Below, in pieces: positions 37,036-50,278 of a stretch of DNA of 64,000 nt. The DNA comes from Nitrospirales bacterium. Lineage in GTDB: Bacteria; Nitrospirota; Nitrospiria; Nitrospirales; UBA8639. Under the pieces are notes generated by a model that saw only the letters and a program-made list of their open reading frames with translations, had not been told where the DNA came from and did no database searches. Made by a program: the position numbers and the translations under genes. Position 1 is the first letter of the stretch, and every line of letters begins with the position of its first letter. The stretch spans positions 2,464,001-2,528,000 of the forward strand of contig CBDBCZ010000017.1 in assembly GCA_965203295.1 (NCBI GenBank), written 5' to 3'.

Positions 37036-38888
37036 AAAAATTAGACCACCAAGTAGCCTAAGAATACCTAGTCTCAGGTCAAGCTTTGTGATGTAGTATG
37101 ACATGAGCAATACATGCACATGTAGATATGGTACTCTGCACCTGAAGAAACTGATGCATGTTAATGTCATGATGAACCCCTTCAGTCAGCAACTGGGAGT
37201 TTCTTGGAAGTCACTGTTGATGCTATTCATCATTAGGCATAGACGTGCACTCAGAGGATACAGGGATTTGTCCTAGGGGGTCCTCAAAATTGCTCATCAA
37301 TGGGGGTGATCCTTATTAACTGGAATAGCCCAATCTTGTAATTCATCTTTTTATTCTAATGTAGGAGATTGTCTGGACGTTTTGTTGATGAGATTTGCCA
37401 GGCCCCTCTTCTACCTAGATGTACATCAGCTCTGGGCTGAAAACCAAAAAGGTAACTATACCTTTGCACTTGCCATGTAGTGTGTACACATTTTACAGCA
37501 TGTTAGTGTAAGTCAATTGTCTTGACAGTGTGTGTGTAATTTAAATCGGTTAAGTGTTTATATATGGAACTACATGTAGCACTGCTTTACAATTAACTTA
37601 GTGCAAGTTACAACGTAATTAACACATCGCAGAAAAAAACGGTAACCTATTTGGCAGAGAGTGGCCATGCAATTTACATTCATGTTTGTGTTCGCATTTG
37701 CGTTCATGTGCATGTTCATATTCACAATGCGATTCACGTTCGCCCTTTCCTAATATTTGTATGGTGGCTGAGAGTATGTCCATTTACTAACTTAATAGTT
37801 ATGTACATGTACTAAGTAAGTAAAGTATGTAGATGGATATAATTTTGGACTAGGTGAACTATCATCCGCATACGTAGCTCATTGTGGTTATGCAGCCGTG
37901 ACGGTATGAGCTCATTCAGTGATGATTCTGCACAATCGTAGATGCAGGTTCTTTCGCTGTGTCGTCAGTGCTGAAAGATACTCCCAATTTCTCCAACATG
38001 GCATGTACTTGTCCGGCCTGTAAGCTTACAAATGGCAAGCCTGATGTCACTTCCTGTTCCCCTAGTGCATTTTCTATCACTGGCTCTATAGTGACGTCAC
38101 CAAGGTCTTTGCATAAACTCCTGATGTGTATATCATGTGTCATACTAGGTGTCCTTTGAGTTCAGGATATAGTGCACTCAGGAATAGATGACAACATACA
38201 TGTATTTCACTATCTTCAAAAGCCGCAGCTACTACTGTGGTCATTGATTCTGCATTGTAGACTAACATGGACAGGTTGTTCCACTTAACATGTACATGTT
38301 ATGTTATTATAATGCAGTAGATTGCACGAGGTGAGAAAATGCCAGCAGAGTGTTTAAGGGTAGCTACTGTAGTACAATCGTACTCTGTACAAGCAGTTGT
38401 TCGCAGAATGCATTTGGTTCTGGCCAAATTATTGACTCTGCTGGAGCAGGTACATTAATTTCAGGTGCTGTCAATGCACACACACATCCATACATGGCCT
38501 TAATAGGCGTATTTTACTGCATGCCTCTGTGGTGGATTTGGTTAGGTGGGATCTTGTTAATGTTTGCATTAATTAATATACTTCAGCTGCCAGTTACATG
38601 TACATGTACTCTGCAGCTGCGTTCGACACATCTATTAATTATATCACTTGTGCATACATGCATGGTATTCCATGCAAAGGGTCTCGGGAACTGCTGAGTG
38701 ATATTACGTATGTATCAAGCACATTGCTAGGCTCTGCCCAGTGCAAGCTGCTTAGCAACCATTGTCTTCCTGATCAGCCAGAATGACAGTTGTCACTGGA
38801 CGTCCTGCCGCCCACTGATGCTCAATCTTTTCTTTGCTACCACTATTTTTGTATCATTGCACATGTAGCACTATTCACTGGCTATTAA

Positions 38889-39030
38889 CCCTTTACCAAC
38901 CATAAGAAACAGCTTAAAGAAGCAGAAAAGCCTGTACAAAGTATTAACGCCTAGTATTAATACCCCATATAAATTCATATGGGCTTATGGGAGCTCATGA
39001 CGCATATATGCGTCATTGGTTGGTAAAGAG
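38889..39030. mobile_element. piggyBac-type MITE (142 bp)
   Basis: TTAA|CCCTTTACCAACCA ... TGGTTGGTAAAGAG|TTAA. Confidence 0.85.
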
Positions 39031-42000
39031 TTAAAGAATGAAACTTTTGTTTCAATTTCAGTTAGCCAACTTAATTGAAAATAGAACACTGTTAGTATTA
39101 GTTTACCATAATAAATGGGTTGATTTTGCTGAAAAAAACAACATAAGTTGTAGTTTATTCCCAGTACTTTTGAATTCTACATTAGTTTTAGTAATTAACT
39201 AAGTCTGTTTTGGTTCAACTAGACGACCTTTGTTTTCAGTTTCAGTTAACTAAATCATCACTACTACTTACCCCTATCCATGTGCAGAAGTAATTGCTCC
39301 ACAAGCTCTTTCTCTTTATATTCAGATTGTATTCCTACAACATCGGTCATCCTAGATCACATACTGTGGCTTATTGGACTACAGTGGCTGCAGGTCAGTT
39401 TCTATTATGTTAAATACAGGTTTTGTGAATGTCTGCTCAAGAATTAACTCATTGCACACGACCATGTTTTCACACGGGAGATTAGCCTTTGCGTAATAAA
39501 TTATTAAAGTGTACTAAGCGTATTAGTGTAGCAATTGATTAACTTTTTCGCTAACCGTGTCAAGGAAGTGGCAGATTCTCTGTTTTTTTTTTTCAAAGAC
39601 TGTTGGCCACAGCTATTCAGCACATAAGGGCTGCTGATTGGACCATAAAAGCCTCTTCAGGATCGATCACAAGGTTCATGGTAATTTATATTTCCAATAC
39701 AGCAATATTGAAAACGAAGTCTGTGCACTCTAGCAGCAAAGCAAAACAGTCCAACTGACTCCCTGACTGTCTCCAGAAGCAAGATTGTCAAAGCTACCAC
39801 TGGCACTGACTCTAGTGTCCAATTAACTGTGTAATTAATTATGTAGCTTGCCATAGTTGGCGATCATTCATTGCCTGCCAATTTTGCCATGTATGAGGGG
39901 TTATTTTACGGTTACATCACTGATTAAATGTGTGGCCAAAAGACACTGTAGCCGTAGGGAGGGGCTTTCCCTTCGCCAAAGGCCGGCACACACGAGCAAG
40001 TCCGCAAAAGCCTATAAATAGGCGTTTCGCATACACTGTAGACTAATTACTCTATGTGTGCCTATATATATATATAATCACGCCACATGCAATCTGTTAG
40101 GTGTTTTATAACTGCTGCAATAAACATGCTTATTACATTTCTGTGCTTTTAAGTCCCTCTGCTAGAGGGAGATACAGGTTAGACTCTGTGTAGTGATCAA
40201 TCTGCCTTTCTGTAGATTGATGAAAGTACACCTGCAACAGGGGACCTGGTTGCTGGTAGCAGTCTCACTCGGGAACAGTGCCAGCTAATAAGAGAGACTA
40301 CCCAACAACTCCTCAGCAGAGGTTAGCAACTTCCATCTGTTGTGTACAACATAGCACATGCACACATGTGAAAGTTTGTGGTCATGTGTAAATGGTCTAT
40401 GTCATATGGAGGACAGTGTAGGAATTGTTTTACGAATTTGAAGACTCTACAAACACTGAGGCCTCAACAGAGGGCTTTATGGCAGCAGCTTGCAGCAAGC
40501 CTTTGAACACTGTTTAATTCAGTCGTGTGCGTTAAGCTGAATAATGTTCACCTTTTCAGCTTCTAGTTATTTGTATACCTCCCCATGAATTGCAACCTTG
40601 CCAAGGCCCTCTGATGAGTCAATAGAAAAAAACTACGTGTTTTGATTGTTTCCCAAATATGCCATTGTTTCTGTAGTTGAACTAATTTTTGAGCATCACC
40701 GGATGGATGTAGATACACTCTCAGTAAACAACTGAGATGTTAAGTAGTAGCTGATGATTGGCCGCCATGTGTGTTTGGGTGTGCTAGTGCTATACATATT
40801 ACTGGAAGTGGGTGAGGCCTGCAATCAATACTACAAACCCTTCACACTTTGAGTTGAAAGTTTTCACCAATTTGTGTACATTGTAACAGACATGTAGGTA
40901 TATATGTACATTTTCCACTTTGGGAATCAAACATTAAACCATGAAGGGTAGAACCATTTACCTCTAATTATTCGGTTTTTCTAATCATCTGAATGCATTA
41001 CTGTGTTTGCTCTGATTCACCTATAAATCATATTTTAACCATTCTATAATTACACAATAGACATTGCTATAACACTTCAACCGAACGCTGCCTACTTTTG
41101 TCGCAGTGTCCACTCATTGTGAACCCATCCATTCGCTGATTGAACCAAGTATTCAGTAGAGGCAACGAATGCTCATTGAACCACTGTCTGAGCACTGCCA
41201 TTTCCTGACTGAACATACATGTAGCTGTTCGCTGACGGAACACTGCTGTTTATCACCCAAATACAGTGTTCATGTACCCAACACAACCGTCACCAACTAA
41301 ACACAGCCTTTCACCAACTGAACACAGCTGTTTGTGAACTAAACACAGCCCTCGCTTGCTGATTGCTGCTGATCTTTTACGTAGATGTGATACATTCCAT
41401 AGCAAACTGCTCTAATTTGCCCAATGCTTAGAAAATTTTCAATGCATTCTAATTTACAAAACTTGTCAAAACGAATGTTTTTGGCTATATGGAAAAACTT
41501 CCATCAAAATGAGTTGACATGTGCAACTTATTTCATCATAATTATAAATATACCCACTCCACTGTTTGATACTTGTGATACTGTGGTTCTCAAGATTATT
41601 GGTTGTGTCTTTCAATTTTTTTGTTTTTGCTTCAGCCACATACAGCAAGACCTGCAGCTTAAAAGTGCTTGCAGTACTTCCTCAACACGTTGGGAAAACT
41701 CTTAAGCTCAGAGGGTTTCAGCAAGCATGTGTGAGTGCCCATCACTGATTGCCAAATTGTATATCTGAATAGCGAGAAGATTTATTTTATTTTCCCACTA
41801 TTCGATACATAATTATTGAGGTCTTAAGTTCTGTGCAGTAGAATGCTTTCAGTACAAGGGCGTAACTGGAAAATACTCCATGTACTCAATTGTTAACAGC
41901 CAGACTTTGATCTAAACAACCAAATCAAATTTCAATTAACACCGTTTCTGTGATGACATTAATTTACAATCAGTGAAAAAGCTGCTAATGGCGCTATCAC

Positions 42001-43689
42001 AACCTGGATAGCAAAACAAACTACCACATGGCTTTGTGGGATTAAAAGACTCTTTTCCTGCAATCATTGCTAGATAAGGACAACTAAACATGTCATAAAT
42101 CCAAAACAAGAGCATCACTGTATAAGTGCAGAACAAAGGGCACAGTATTGGATGGTACAATCAGGGTAACTACGTGTATGCTTTTCCCAACTACTAACTG
42201 CTCTACAGTTGAGCAATCTACTGTATAGTCATGGATTTTCCCACTAGTATTTTTACCAGCTGGCCAGTTCTTATACATACATCGTGTATATCTGGTTTAT
42301 ACAGTATATACGTATATGTATTTATGAGGCATTTTCATTATGCTGTAAGCATAGTTTTTCTCCATTGTCATAGGTTGATGGCTGTGACAATGTACGTGTG
42401 GCATTAGTGTCCACCATTCCTGCTGTTCTGACATCTGTAGAGAAAGAAATGACATCGACACTGTTTGCATCTGTAATGTAAAGCTGATATGGGAAGCAGA
42501 TGAGAGGAAATTCTTGTGTAGTTAGTGACTGCATGCATAGACCCTACTTAGGAGCAAGACACGTCATCAAAATATGAATAATCTCTGAGGAGAATAGTAA
42601 TTTGACTCATATGTTTTCAAGTTTATTTTAGGTGGCCCAATTGTACTATGTATGTCTGATACATTCCATTTATGCTCCTTGCTGAGATGGTATGCGTAAT
42701 ATATATTTTCTTTCTCTCCAGTAATATGTAATATGAAATAGGAAACTAGCGAACTGCAGCTGATTTTAGCCAAGGAGCTACCCAGCGTTGTGTCTGCAGT
42801 GTCAAGACAGGATGTGCCACGGTACTGAGGTGTAGTGCAATGTTTCAGAGCTGTAGTTTTAATTTAGAATTTAGAACGGGTGAGTTTTTAATCTCTCTCT
42901 TGCCACTTTATTGTAGTCATGTTCACTATAGGGTTGTAGGTGAGTGATTGCCTCCATAGAGCCCTAACATTATTCAAGCAGAAACTTTATACACTCTCAA
43001 GTTATCATATTTTATTCCATAGGGACAGTGTAATTTGGCAAGTTTACGTAGACTCATAGAATATGAGACAGTAACTGTTGATAATTTTAAAATGTGACAT
43101 AAGTATTGCATAATCCTTTCATTTATGTGATGCCCTTGCAGATGACTCTTCTGTGATTAGTTCCCCTTGCATACCCTTGTTCACCAATGAGTGTCAGCAA
43201 GTTCGGAATGCTATCAGGTACTACATGTACATAATCATAGCTTCACTTGACATACGTAGTATCTTTTGATCTAAGCCTGTGTATGTACATTCTGCAAGGT
43301 AGCAGTATAACAAGAAATGGAATATTTTAATGTTAATACAAATTATATTTGTCAGATTTTAAACTATTTGTAGGTATGTATCTTTTAAATGTCAAGTGTA
43401 TTATTTGTAGCTGTTTTTCTTCACAGGTTCACAGAATAGCAAAAGCTCATACACTAACCCCTGGGAAGATGCTGTCCCTGTTCAAGGACAATGTTTGTCA
43501 GGTGCATTAACTTGTAGGCCTTGTCTGCTATTGGATATGGCCTTAACTGGGAATCTTGGTACATGTTTTGCAGTTTCTTGTGGAGGTACTACATCAGAAG
43601 AAGGGTTTCATTTTGAAGGCAGACAAAAAAGGACCATTCTTTCAGGTGCGTGTGTAGACTTCCTCATGTTGTGAAATGGCATGATGCAC

Positions 43690-44095
43690 AGCGCGCGAAT
43701 GGCTGGTACTAAGATTGCTTTACGTTTTCTGTCTGTTTGTTTGTTTGTTTGTCTGTTTGTGCGTCCGCACTTATCACATGCGCCATATATTGCATCATAC
43801 GTTACTATGCAACTGCAGTGTATAGCAGCTTTTGGAGGTTTGCAGGCCAAGCTACAGCAAATGGAGGTAGTTTTGTGTTGCCTAGATGGCGAAAATGTGG
43901 TGGGTATCCGTAAAGATCCTGGTTTCTTGGCACATAGCTACTAACTGGAGGTGCATGATGAAACTGCTGAGCCAGCACTTTCGCTGTACCACTCTAGTAT
44001 CTCCGGCTCTACAGCTGTAGTTAAATAGCTTGGCCTAAGCTGAGTTGTGTGTATTGTACGGAAAAGGCGTCCAGCTGGTTTATTTAGACATGAAC
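43690..44095 (+). repeat. Dispersed repeat family copy (see 36650-37035)
   Basis: High similarity in inverted orientation, with a (TTTG)n tract. Confidence 0.8.
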
Positions 44096-47028
44096 TATCA
44101 GACTTGTTTTTGTTTTTAGAATTGGTTTAGGGCATTTTTTTTGTACGTGGGTTGTTATATCTGAAATTGGAATACTACAATAAATTAATTATATGGCGAT
44201 AAGGATGGTAATGGTGAGACATCTGGTTGCTCTTGCTCTTGTCCTCTGACTGGAGATCTTTCAAGCTCCGCCTGCGTATGTGGGTGCGTGGTCAATGGCG
44301 TATGCGCTACGGCAGCAACATGAGTATATTTATTTATTTAATTAGCGGCAGTAATTGAACAAAACAGTGATACACACACCCCAGGTAACAAATCAATAAC
44401 AAGGTTTAGCTGTCTACAGTATATTCCAAAGCTGCTTTTTCTATGCTATTTGTAGTCTGTTCTATGATAATAGCCATTTTGTAAACCTTCGTAACTTCTT
44501 GACAGCATACTGAAATAAATCTTCCTCGGTATTAAATCTTGAAAATTTACTGTTAGTGTGCTGCATCAAGTACATTTATTGAAGTTATATTGACTGTGAA
44601 TATAATCTCTTATCCAGAGTCCAAGATCACTACTTGTGGAGTGTTTTAAATACATCTTTTTGCATCTCGTTTGTAATGGGCAGCAAACAGACCTCAACAT
44701 TGCATCCAGATTTTTGAAGGTTTTGCAGACGTGTGTACATGTATATGTGTATGCGAGTGTACGTATGTGTATAGCCTTTGATTATCAGTTATATAAATAC
44801 AACCAGAGCATATTAGTAGAGCTCAGGTATTGTAAATGTTTTGAATACAGAAAGGGAAAGTTAATTTGTAACATAGTTTGACACCCATCTTCCACTTTCA
44901 GTCTGAGGGAGACTTTGAGATGACCACTCTGCTTCGATCAGATGTGAAGAATGTCCTCAATCTCCTACTACTCCACTTGAGCACTCACAGGGAGAGAGTA
45001 CTGGCTGGGATAAAGATGCTTGCAGAGATGAACCAGTTGGCTGGAGAGGAGAAACCACTGCAAATGGACAGTGAGAAGCAGATGGTGAGTTAGGATAACA
45101 TTGCATTGTCTTGACTATGCCATCAGTGGAAGTGGTGTAGGAATAGCCTCATTCCCAGGCCTCCGCACAGCTTTTATCGCTTGCAGTACAAAAAGCGTGG
45201 AAGGCCTGGAATATTTTATCATGTGAATGACGTTGAGGGTAGAGAGAGGGTAGCTTAGAGAGACTTTAAATGAATGTGGGCGAAACTATAGCAACGTGCC
45301 CACGCAGAGCCAATTTATCAAGAAGAGTCACACTTCTTACTAATGTACTTAAGCAAGTACTTCTGATGGGCTTCCCTCATACCCTTTGTGCACTAAACAG
45401 CATTTACTGTTTAGTAACTGCTTGGACTGTCCAATGACAGCGTAATAGAAATGAGACAAGTAATAGAAAACGTTTGTACAATGCCATGAACTTGATGTAA
45501 TATTTTATAACCGTGGTAAGAGTTTGTGCCATCAGTTTCTTGCTGCCTTTTACAGATTGACGGAGAATTTGCTGTTGACCTTTTGGGAGAGCTAGTCCGA
45601 GCATACCTAGCAGCCAAGGACACCAGATCTCAGGTACCACATGTATACTAAGAGTATCAACACCTTAAAACCACTAGGCCCTTAAGATTATTTAAGATGT
45701 TAATATAGAAAGGAAAGTAGGAGATCCTTTGTGATACCTATAACCTTTTTGCTTCACACCTGGCTTTGTATACTGTATAGCGCTTAAATTTCGTGGGTCT
45801 TTAATTTCACCAATTTCGCGAATTTGGAAAGAAATTTGTGTTTATGCATGGTTAGCTAATCGCATGAAACATGATAGGCACAATGCTCTGAACTTAGAAC
45901 TTGGAGTTCTTCTCTATTGGCTAGTAGTATGGAGCTTCAGAAGTTCTTTTCTCTAGGCTTGGAGCACTATATATTGTGTACTGGTTGTTCCCTTTTCTTG
46001 TTGTGTTTTTGAATGCCTGCTCGTTGTACGGGATAAGTATGTATAACCTAGACAGCAATCTTTCTCTGAATATGCAGCATGACATCAGCCTTGCTCTGTA
46101 TGTGTTACCACATGTCCTAACATGCCTGCTCAGGCAAGGATCACCTGCAGTACTTAAAGAGGTGCGTAAGTACATGTATGTACATGTGGATTGTGCATTA
46201 CTTGTTGCGGCTTGTTCACCTCTGAATTATAATAATTATGGTCTTAAGTTTTAGCTACAACTTTAGGTTGATTTTTTAAAACCAAATGTAATACGGCTGG
46301 AAACCAATTCATTTTGGGTAGTCAATAGTTTGCAGGCCACAGTTGGCTCATATCTCAGTGCCACTAGCATAGAAGTAGTATCTAGTGTGTTTTTATATTT
46401 TCCATCTGAAAAACCAGCTTGAAAATTTCAAAGTAATCACCTGGGGCTTAGTTTAGCAGCAGGTAGGCCAAGCTAATTGCAGCTGTAGAAGACTGTCTGT
46501 CTCATCCTGTATAAACAGATAAGTAATGGTCATGGAACACACAGTTCGGCAGCTCGGTAGTTGGTAGCTGTAACTTGCAAAAGCAGAATATCGTCCACTT
46601 TTTTGCCATCTGGACAGCACAAAACTATTATACTTACTTGCTGTTGCTTGGCCTACAAAACTCCAAAAGCTGCTAATAGACTGCAGTTGTATAGTGGTTT
46701 GTGACATAATATTGCACATGTGATAAATGTTGACACACAAGCAGGCAACATACATATGTGGTAAACATCTTAGCCCTGTCCCTGCAGCAGCTACCGTAGG
46801 ACTAGTTGTAATTGCGTAGTGAAAACATTGCATATACAGTGCTCCAAAGTAAAAATGTCAACTTTTTGATTTATAGACATTTTGCTTACAAGAATTAAAA
46901 ATTTTGGCATGTTTCTACCTGTGATCGTTCATTAAACAAGTACATTACCTTTTCTTGCACAAAGTCTTGATAATAAAAGAGTTAAACGCACCCTCCGCAT
47001 AGCGCTAATACAAATCCGCCATGTTCTT

Positions 47029-49271
47029 GTGACATCACGCAAAAATCGTGATATCACAACCACGCTGAGGCGTGCGCACTCATATGATGTCATCGCTAGC
47101 CTTGCGCGTACGCGTGCACGTTCAAATTCCCCACGGATCGAGTTTCTTCCTATGTCAACTGTAGCTGCTAAACCAACAACCGGTTCTTTTCAGAACCAGA
47201 CTTCAACAGAAGCCACTGAGCTGACAACCAGTTCTTCTCAGAACTATGTTTCCACTACTCCTCAGTCCAAGGCTTCCAGGAAGAGGGGAATAGCAGCCCT
47301 GCTGGCAGATGTTACAAACCAGACTGTGCCAGCAAAGCGTGCCTGCATCACCCAGACCAGAGAGAAGATCTCACAGCAAATACCACAGGCAAAAGCTCCA
47401 AGGGGACTTTCAAGTGTGGCATTGCATTCAAACAAGTCCGGAGAGCCAGAGAATGAGCCTGTGATTAGGAAGTCCCCACGACAGCACCAACTCAACGAGC
47501 CAGAGGTTGAAGCTGTAACCCTTGGACGCTTGGTGAAACACGAACATACAGCTGTTGAAATGGCTAGCCTGTGCATGGCGGCTGACGTGGCAGAGCAACT
47601 CTCTCCTTTGCTGCTCGGTACCTTCCAGGTTTCAGAGTAAGTGTACGTAGAATCATAGATATGTATGGTAGAATGAACGTTCGTTTGCATGCGTGCAATC
47701 ATGGGTGCAATCAGTTTGGCTTGTGAGCCAGAATGTGCTCTCTGGATCACGAGACTAGGATGAAGCATAGATATCTATGCATGTCATGTAGCTAGTATGA
47801 CCTACATTAACTTTTATCCTGTTCTTTTACAGAGTAATTGCATCACCTGTGTACTCCAGAGCTACTGATGGCAACAGAAGCTGGCGGTACAGGGTCATTG
47901 ATGTTAACATCTCCATCAGTGGCTCTGTACTATTGCTGGAAGGTGTCCGAACAGCACTGGAGAGCATCCACTCTGTCTTACCTAGGCTGTGGTTTGCTGA
48001 GATAAGTCCTTCTGTACCCACTTCTCCTTCCTGCGTCTCTACATCTTCTCCTCCTGCATGTACTTCCCCTGACGAACTGTTTTGTGTCTCCCTTCTTACC
48101 GTACCTTCCTGCATCCCCACACCTCCCTCTTGCATCCCCACACCTCCCTCTTGGATCCCCACCCCTCCCTCTTGGATCCCCACCCCTCCCTCTTGGATCC
48201 CCACACCTCCCTCTTGGATCCCCACCCCTCCCTCTTGCATCCCCACATCTCCCTCTTGGATCCCCACCCCTCCCTCTTGCATCCCCACACCTCCCTCTTG
48301 GATCCCCACCCCTCCCTCTTGCATCCCCACATCTCCCTCTTGCATCCCCACATCTCCCTCTTGGATCCCCACCCCTCCCTCTTGCATCCCCACACCTCCC
48401 TCTTGCATCCCCACATCTCCCTCTTACATCCCCACACCTCCCTCTTGCATCCCCACATCTCCCTCTTGCATCCCCACACCTCCCTCTTGCATCCCCACAT
48501 CTCTCTCTTGCGTCTCCACATCTCCCTCTTACATCCCCACATCTCTCTCTTGAGTCTCCACATCTCCTCCTCCTACTCGTACTTCCCCTGACCCTCTCGA
48601 CGAACTGTTTTGTGTGTCCCTTCCTTCATCGCCTCCACATCTTCTTGCATCACCACACCTCCTCCTCCTAAACGTACTCGTACTTCCCCTGACCCTCTCG
48701 ACGAACTGTTTTGTGTGTCCCTTCCTTCTGTACCTTCCTGCATCCCCACATCTCCCTCTTGCGTCTCCACATCTCTCTCTTGCGTCTCCACATCTCCCTC
48801 TTACATCCCCACATCTCTCTCTTGAGTCTCCACATCTCCTCCTCCTACTCGTACTTCCCCTGACCCTCTCGACGAACTGTTTTGTGTGTCCCTTCCTTCA
48901 TCGCCTCCACATCTTCTTGCATCTCCACACCTCCTCCTCCTAAACGTACTCGTACTTCCCCTGACCCTCTCGACGAACTGTTTTGTGTGTCCCTTCCTTC
49001 TGTACCTTCCTGCATCCCCACATCTCCCTCTTGCGTCTCCACATCTCCTCCTCCTACTCGTACTTCCACTGACCCTCTTGACGAACTGTTTTGTGTGTCC
49101 CTTCCTACTGTACCTTCTTCTCCTTCCTGCGTCTCCACATCTGCTTCTCTTCCTGCATGTGACTGCTTTGCCTTTGACTCAGCCTCTGTTCTTACAAATT
49201 CTGCTATACCAGATAGCTCTATTTTTCTTGACTCTCCTATCTCTACTCCTCCTCCTTCTCCAAAAATTTAA
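47029..49271 (+). CDS. Second (cargo) gene of the Tc1-like element; unknown protein with Pro/Ser/Thr repeats, disrupted by stop/duplication
   Basis: 203-aa ORF with a probable donor at ~47628 and acceptor at ~47831, continuing into YSRATDGNRSWRYRVIDV.. and (IPTPPSC/W)n. TGA at 48551 lies within a 272-bp duplicated unit. Confidence 0.5.
48105..49140. repeat. 21-bp tandem array (~20 units) followed by a 272-bp tandem duplication
   Basis: Unit CTTGCATCCCCACACCTCCCT with variants. Sequences at 48610 and 48882 are near-identical (offset 272). Confidence 0.92.
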
Positions 49272-49778
49272 AACTGTCCCCACCCCCACATCATCACACC
49301 TTTCTGAACCGGTTATTCTTAAAACCACCCCATTACAAATGATTTCACCTGTTTGCAGTTTAGCACCATACGTTCCAATATTCAGATCTTACGAGTAGTC
49401 ATACATAAATTGCTAGAAAGGAATTAAATAATGTCCATGGAAGTGAAAAGGTTTTAAGGAGTAAAGGAAGTGAACAATATAAAGCAAATATAATTGGCAT
49501 GGAGGGGTGATACATACCATAATCCTTATGAGTTCACTAGAAAACTTATCAGAAATGATATTTAAATTTCAGTTTCTATAAATTGCTAGAAAGTAATGCC
49601 CATGCAATTGAAAACGCTTAAGGAGTACAGGAAATGTACAATATAAATAAAGTTAGCAAATAAAACATGCTTGGGGTAAAACATACCATAATCCTTAGTT
49701 CACTAGAAAATCAGAAATATCTCTATAAATTACTGGAAAGGAATTGAATTAAGGCTATTAAAAGGTAAATGTAAATTT

Positions 49779-50024
49779 CTACTTATCAGTATCAAACACA
49801 CGCCTATGGGATTTGTATGATTTCACCTTTTCATCAACGTTCCAGCATGTAGAGCCTTCCCTATATGCTCTCAAATAATCCCTGGCTTTCCTCATAAATT
49901 TCATGATTAGTTCTTGGCTGCAACTGTACATGTCCAGACTTTCTGGAACAATTTTCCTCAAGCGCACTATGGAACCATTTGCATGGGCTCTAGTGTGCTT
50001 TTTAGCATGACACCAGCATCGTTC
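49779..50024 (-). pseudogene. C-terminal part of the Tc1-like transposase, starting at the catalytic Glu
   Basis: ERCWCHAKKHTRAHANGSIVRLRKIVPESLD..KFMRKARDYLRAY..KSYKSHRRV. It joins 52016 in frame to give ELNPI|ERCW. Confidence 0.9.
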
Positions 50025-50278
50025 TTTAGAGTATAGTGTTACAAAATCTCGCATTTTGATTGGTTAATGCATGGTCTCTAAATCTCATAGAGTCCACGGT
50101 TGGTGGACTCTATAGAAGCCCCCAGGACGTGGACTCTATAGAAGCCCCCAGGATACGCAAATACCACAAATAATATTGTGTAGCCAAAGGTCACAGATGA
50201 TGTAAGAGTATAGTGTCGTCATAACAGTATAGAATAGATATAGTACACGAGATAATATAGATCGGTGTGATAACTAGG

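Noticed and set aside
47827..49138. Collagen-like/Gly-rich minus-strand ORFs (GMQEGGV)n and other alternative frames
   Set aside because: The 21-bp repeat is stop-free in most frames. Only the + frame links to upstream non-repetitive sequence through plausible splice sites.
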